Made by a program: the position numbers and the translations under genes | The notes under the pieces: model-generated | What the model was told of the DNA's origin: nothing | Database searches by the model: none | The model's input: the letters and a program-made list of their open reading frames with translations, nothing else | Source of the DNA: Amoebophrya sp. A120 | Lineage: Eukaryota > Protista > Dinoflagellata | Assembly (NCBI GenBank): GCA_905178155.1 | Contig: CAJINV010000003.1 | Location: forward strand, 5,547,985 to 5,611,984 | Reading direction: 5' to 3' | Length of the DNA stretch: 64,000 nucleotides | Shown: one piece after another, positions 59,145-64,000 of the stretch | Position numbering within the stretch: position 1 is the first letter of the stretch | Layout: each line of letters starts with the position of its first letter

Positions 59145-62100
59145 TCACACGTCGAGAGATGTGAGCATGGCGCAGCCGCGCTTGACCCAATGCTTGGCCT
59201 CGTGCGTCTCTTGAATGGGCACGCGCATAGGCGTATGCATTGCAACTATCTCCGGGTCTCGAAACTTGGCATGCTAGTTTGTGAAAGGTGGGCGCACTGC
59301 AATGGATGCGTAGCCGAGCACGACAAGTTTTTGACCTCCAATGTGTTTCGTTTCCCGAATGGAAAACTGCGTTCTTGTATGACATTCCACAGGCTTTCTT
59401 TCTGGTTATGCATCACAGAGTTAAAAATCTGCTGTGAAATGCATGACAAACTTCCACTCTTCCAGACCCAAACATGTTTGCAATGCATAAGGCATGACGA
59501 AGTTGGTACTGTGACCGGTTGTCGACAGGACGCCTCTGCGGGTGCTGATCTTGTAGACCGGACAAGAGTAAAAGCGGAACTCGTGCAGCTCGTCCTTTTT
59601 GCAGGGCGTGATGTGCACCATCGGCACGGACGTGAACAGCACTTTAGGCTCCGATTCCGCCAGCGCCCACTCGTCCCAGTCCCATCTCGCTCCCTCCAGG
59701 AATAGCCCATATGTATACACGCCGTCGGCTGTAAGTGTTGCCAGACAGAGCATTAGCGCAGTTCAATCATCTGTCTGTCTTTGTGCGTAGACAATTGAAA
59801 ATGAAATGGACACTGGCGTTGGCATCACAAGTCAAAGCAACATCAGAAAAACACAATTTCTCATGGAAAAGTTCATGCAATGTTCATCTGTACTTAAATT
59901 CATGTGCTCCTACCTCGTGAAGAAGTAAAAATCATATAAAATTACCAGGTGGCTTCGTTGGTTTTTGCTCCTTTGGGTAGTAGAAATCGAAGATCAGGGT
60001 GTCGATGGGGATTGTGTATTTTCGAGCAAAGTTCTGCGACGCGCCGGTGGTGAAAGCCTGCGTGAAGAAAATGCCGGAGATCCAGAAGAGCGCCGGCTTC
60101 CCGCGGTCGATCCAGTTCTGGTAGAATTTGAGGCGCTCGAGGAGGTCGCTCACGTACCCTCCCAGCGGCTTCAGCGAGGGATACGAGGACGCGAGCCACA
60201 TCACCGGCGTCTTCCCATCGAACATGTTGAAGAACGCCTCCTCCAGCTGCGCGCTGAGCAGCGCCAGACCCTTCAGCGCTTTCAGAATCTCCTTCAGGGA
60301 CTCCCGAATCACGTTGGTCAACTTGTTGTACCTGGTCACCTCCTGGAACAGGACCGTGTTCATACTTTCCTCGTACATGACCGGGTACTTCTCCTGGACG
60401 GCCGGGATGTTCCACGGCTTCGGCAACCGTGCCAAAATGTCGTTGGCCACCTCCCGCACCAAGTCCTCCGGACCCGCGCCGCCGCCCCCAGAGGCCTGTC
60501 CGACGGTCTTCAGCAGATCAGACATCATCTGATACGTTTCCCCTTGCTCCTTGGTCAAATTCGCGTTCTCGTGGAACCCAAATACGCCCGGTGGTGTCAC
60601 TGGTGTTGAGAGTACAATGTGATTTTCATTTTTCGAAGTAAGTCTGCAGCGAAAAACGCGCACAAGTGGCTACGCTCTGTTATACAGAGGTCGGAAATCA
60701 AAGTGCTAGAGACGCGCTGTGCAAGTTTCCTTATGGAGGTTATGCACAGAAACCACATAAGCAACAGCGAGCGAGAACCAACTGAGAGAGTGCTTTCATC
60801 TATTATACTTGCGGAATATTTTAGCAAGGCAGTTATGTCTGCTTGTGCGAGAATCAAATAAAGTATCTACCCAATGGCAAAGACTTGATGTGTGCCAGTA
60901 CACCGTCAAACTCCTCGTCTTCTGTCAGTGGGTACAGGGGCTCACCGGCCATGCGGTACTCCCCATCAAAGATGGTTTCGTCAAAGTAGTCCCGTAAAAG
61001 GGTCATGATCAGAATTCGATCATTCCCGTCGGTAACCCTGCCCCCGTAGTTGCACTCGCCCGTCATGTAGGTTATTGCCTAGATACAGGAGTGTTTTAGT
61101 CTTTTTCAGCAACATGGAACGTGATGCAGATTCTGATTCGTCATTTGCTTTTTACAAAATTGATGACTTAAGACGCAGCGACAAGTACAAACAACAATGA
61201 ATACGCTGTCTCAATAAATAAGCCCTTGCTACTTACAAGTACAAATAACATAATAAACGGAGAAAAATCAGAATGCATTGTGTGTACCTTGAACGGCATC
61301 TTCTCTTGTTCGTCTATGAACATCTTGAGCTGCATGACTGAGATGCGCAAGTCGTTTTCTGTAAATTCGTAGGGAATGTTCCATCCGAGAGGGCCGAAAA
61401 GTTTCCGCTCCTGATCCATATCCTGCGAAAAAGTGTACTAGTAGTTGCTGCAAGTGGATTACTATGAGTATCTATGACATACCAGGACCCTAATCGGACC
61501 GTACCACCAGTAGAAACCCTGGCCCTGCAACATGCAAACCTAAGCCTGACGTGTATTCTGGTATGGCCAGCTCACGGTCACGACCACAGCGCCCTGGATA
61601 AATATACCGTCGCCTCTTGGAAGTAGAGAGACAAGAACTCTACTCCGAGCGGAGGACTCCTAGTACCACTGACTAGTACGACTCTTTTTACTCGACTTAG
61701 ATGACTGCGTGGAAGAAGCAGAGACCGTAGAGCAGGCGCTTGAATTCCCGAGGTTTCTTGCACCCGTCAAAGAAGTCCGGATCTGAGATCGGGTTCATGA
61801 GGTACGACCCGGTGAGGTTGGATCGCAGTCCCTTGGGTGCTTCGTTCGTCATTTTCAGCCCGTTCTGCAAGATTGCCACCGGGAACTGGTTTGATGGGTA
61901 CGAGGTGAGCCACAACCGGTATTCCTTGTGCAGCTTCCGCGCGTCCTGCTGGTCCAGCATCTTATCCAGTTTGGGCATCCAACTGGTGGCCAAGTGGCAG
62001 TTCTGCAGCAACACCCAGCCGCCGTCCTTCTTTCCGTCCGCCATCAGCTTCTCGGCCTTGGGCCCCTGCCCCTGCCCCAGCGAGATCGCCTGGATCTCCT

Positions 62101-64000
62101 TGCCCTTCTCCAGCGCAAACTTGTCCAGTGCCGCTTTCGGGTCACTGCCGGGCGACAGCACAAACACCAGCGGAATGCCGTTGCTGCTGTCCGCGAAACT
62201 CCCGGCCAAGTCAAAGGGCGGCGGGTTCACGAAATCCTCGCCCAGCTTGCCGGCGACGTACAGCATAATCGCGGGCACGAGCCGATCTGGCCGGAAGGCG
62301 CGCAGAAACATCAGCTCCTCAAAGTCGTCAAACCCCTCCAGGGTTTTTGGCGCGAGCGCACGCAATTTCTGTCGTATCATTGATATTGTGTTGACGTTGA
62401 CACACAGACACTGTCGCTCAAAATTGCGAACGAGATACGATTCTTCGATGAAAAATCATCGATGCGTTCTTGAATCTTGATACGAGGGCTCCGTGCGATT
62501 GAAATAGATCGATGCTGAATGATGCACAATGAATTATATACTATTTCCAGCTGTGCTATAAAGGAACGGAGACGGAAAAAATGTTGAAACATGAAAGGAG
62601 ATACATTTAATGGATCTGTATCGTCGTAGGCTTGTTTCATCAGTTCCAGCTCCTCGGTAAACTTCGTGTCGACGCCTTCAAATTTCTCTGCAACCTTTCC
62701 CAGCTTGAAGACCTCTGCCCAAGTTCTCACAGGAATCCAAGATGCCGGCATCTCAGGCGGCTGCTCCATACTCACGCCGCCGGTCAACAGATATCGATAG
62801 TTTGACATGTCTATTATGCCATCCGCCAAAAACAGTCGTGCGCACAGAAGGAACGAAAACAGCAACTTGTGCCTGTAAAAATTATCGACCAAGTCCATCA
62901 TGCGCAGCTTGAAGATTGCAAGCACCCCAGATAGCTTTAGCTACACCCTCGAGGACATCTTCGCACAGCACTGACTAACACTCATCTTCAGTAACGTGGA
63001 TGCAGCAACTTCTACGCACCACGACCACCCGGCCTACTATTAATTATAGCTTCCAATGAACAATAGTTCGAAGCTGGTACTACAACGACTACTGCTATTA
63101 GCTTACCTTTCAAACAGACTGCGGCAAATGTTGCGGTAGAGGTTGAGGCGAAAGAAGTCGTTGATGTTGAAGATGTATGCATTGCAAATATGTCTGGGTC
63201 TGGAAGTTTGGAACTTGTAATGCTAGCCTTCCATATCTAGGAAATCTGTATTGCATAACCAACAAAAGTCGCAGCCTCTTTTGTACATGCAGCAAACACG
63301 CAGTTTCTCATGCGGATTGCCTATGAGAAAGCGTTCTGGAGGAAAGTTGTCATGCTAAATTGCAGTCGGAACTGTTTCCATCATCCACATTTTAGCATCA
63401 CAGGTTTCCAGACCCAGACATATTTTCATTTGATAAGATGCGCTGGTCCAGCTCCGAGGCTTTTTCGGCGCGCTCGATGGAGTTGAGGAACAAAGCCGTG
63501 TAGAAGGGCAGGGAGTACTGGTACATGGGATCGATGTTCGCCAAGTCCTGGATACAGAAGAACATCACGCTGGCTTTGAAGGCCACCGGCACGTAGGTCA
63601 CGCGCGCCTCGTCGATCTTGATCTCCGTGGCGGCGCCCACCTCCTGCTTGGCGGCGATGTCGTTGGCGATCACCTTGGACTCCTTCAGAATGTTGATGGC
63701 GGACTCGTCCTCCAGAATGTTGCCCTGGGACTCCGACAACACGCGCAGGATCTCGTTCTCGCAGTCCTCCAGCGCTTTCTTGTTCGCCGCGCCCTCCAGC
63801 ACCAGTTTTTCCTTTTCCTCCGCCAGGTCGGGCCGCTCCTCCTTCACCACGAAGTTGAGAATCTGGTCCTGCAGCCCCACCAGCGTGATCATGAAGTTCA
63901 GCAGCGTCACCTTCACGGCCACGTCAGGGAGGTAGTGCGGATTCCGCAGCTTCGTGGTCATGTAGAAGAAAAAGTCCTTGGAGTACTCGATAATGGACTC
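59145..64000 (-). CDS. Axonemal (inner-arm type) dynein heavy chain, 3' part (AAA5-AAA6-C-terminal domain); 5' part outside window
   Basis: MTTKLRNPHYLP, IDPMYQYSL, CRSLFERHKLLFSF, LSPGSDP, SLGQGQGP, WVLLQNCHL, QERKLFGPLGWNIPYEF, NYGGRVTD, GLFLEGARW, GHSTNFV, HWVKRG; GT-AG introns 62873-63106, 62369-62604, 61079-61287, 60600-60870, 59729-59945 plus three non-canonical introns. Confidence 0.96.
59234..59489 (-). mobile_element. Non-canonical introner intron, family A, in dynein
   Basis: tatgcattgcaactatctccgggtctcgaa / ttccagacccaaacatgtttgcaatgcata; DR aggcg/aggca; gives HSTNFVMP|MRVPIQETHEAKHWVKRG. Confidence 0.93.
61419..61699 (-). other. Non-canonical intron (decayed introner) in dynein
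   Basis: Subterminal IR aaaaagtgtactagt / actagtacgactcttttt; element+5 removal gives the conserved FFHAVI|QERK. Confidence 0.7.
63176..63435 (-). mobile_element. Non-canonical introner intron, family A, in dynein
   Basis: TIR aaatatgtctgggtctggaa; DR agatg at 63171-63175 and 63436-63440; removing 265 nt gives DQRI|FNINDFFRLNLYRNICRSLFE. Confidence 0.95.

Noticed and set aside
61414-61430. Canonical GT-AG solution for the dynein intron (GCA|gtcatc ... cgcag|GAT)
   Set aside because: Would give FFHADMDQERK, breaking the conserved FFHAVIQER motif; the non-canonical junction fits better, but cDNA is needed
1-64000. Dinoflagellate spliced-leader relics, tRNA or rRNA genes
   Set aside because: No CCGTAGCCATTTTGGCTCAAG-like match or cloverleaf noticed by eye; absence not verified computationally

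Overview
This is eukaryotic protist genomic DNA. I infer an Amoebophrya-like syndinian dinoflagellate from the intron architecture and the co-oriented genes. Essentially all genes lie on the minus strand: a DUF285/BspA-like lectin-mosaic surface protein (about 1-5.4 kb), poorly resolved hypothetical genes (6-21 kb), a 13-kb gene for a membrane-anchored protein with 12 copies of a 16-Cys domain separated by poly-Thr linkers, a multi-exon membrane protein, an intronless F-box/JmjC protein, a glycine-zipper protein, a complete Ty1/copia LTR retrotransposon (5-bp TSD, in-frame TGA between gag and pol), and the 3' part of an axonemal dynein heavy chain. The dominant hidden structure is about 30 non-GT-AG 'introner' introns, mostly 200-570 bp. 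They have terminal inverted repeats from several families, usually TAT...ATA ends and 5-bp flanking direct repeats. Removing the element plus 5 nt repeatedly restores reading frames, including conserved dynein motifs. Diverged direct repeats point to a 4+1 splice register and a conserved N-T-A donor. A second, unexplained class consists of kb-scale insertions bounded by 44-45 bp direct repeats and filled with palindrome-rich sequence; one carries the only convincing plus-strand ORF. All coordinates and alignments were made by eye, and splicing is inferred, not observed.
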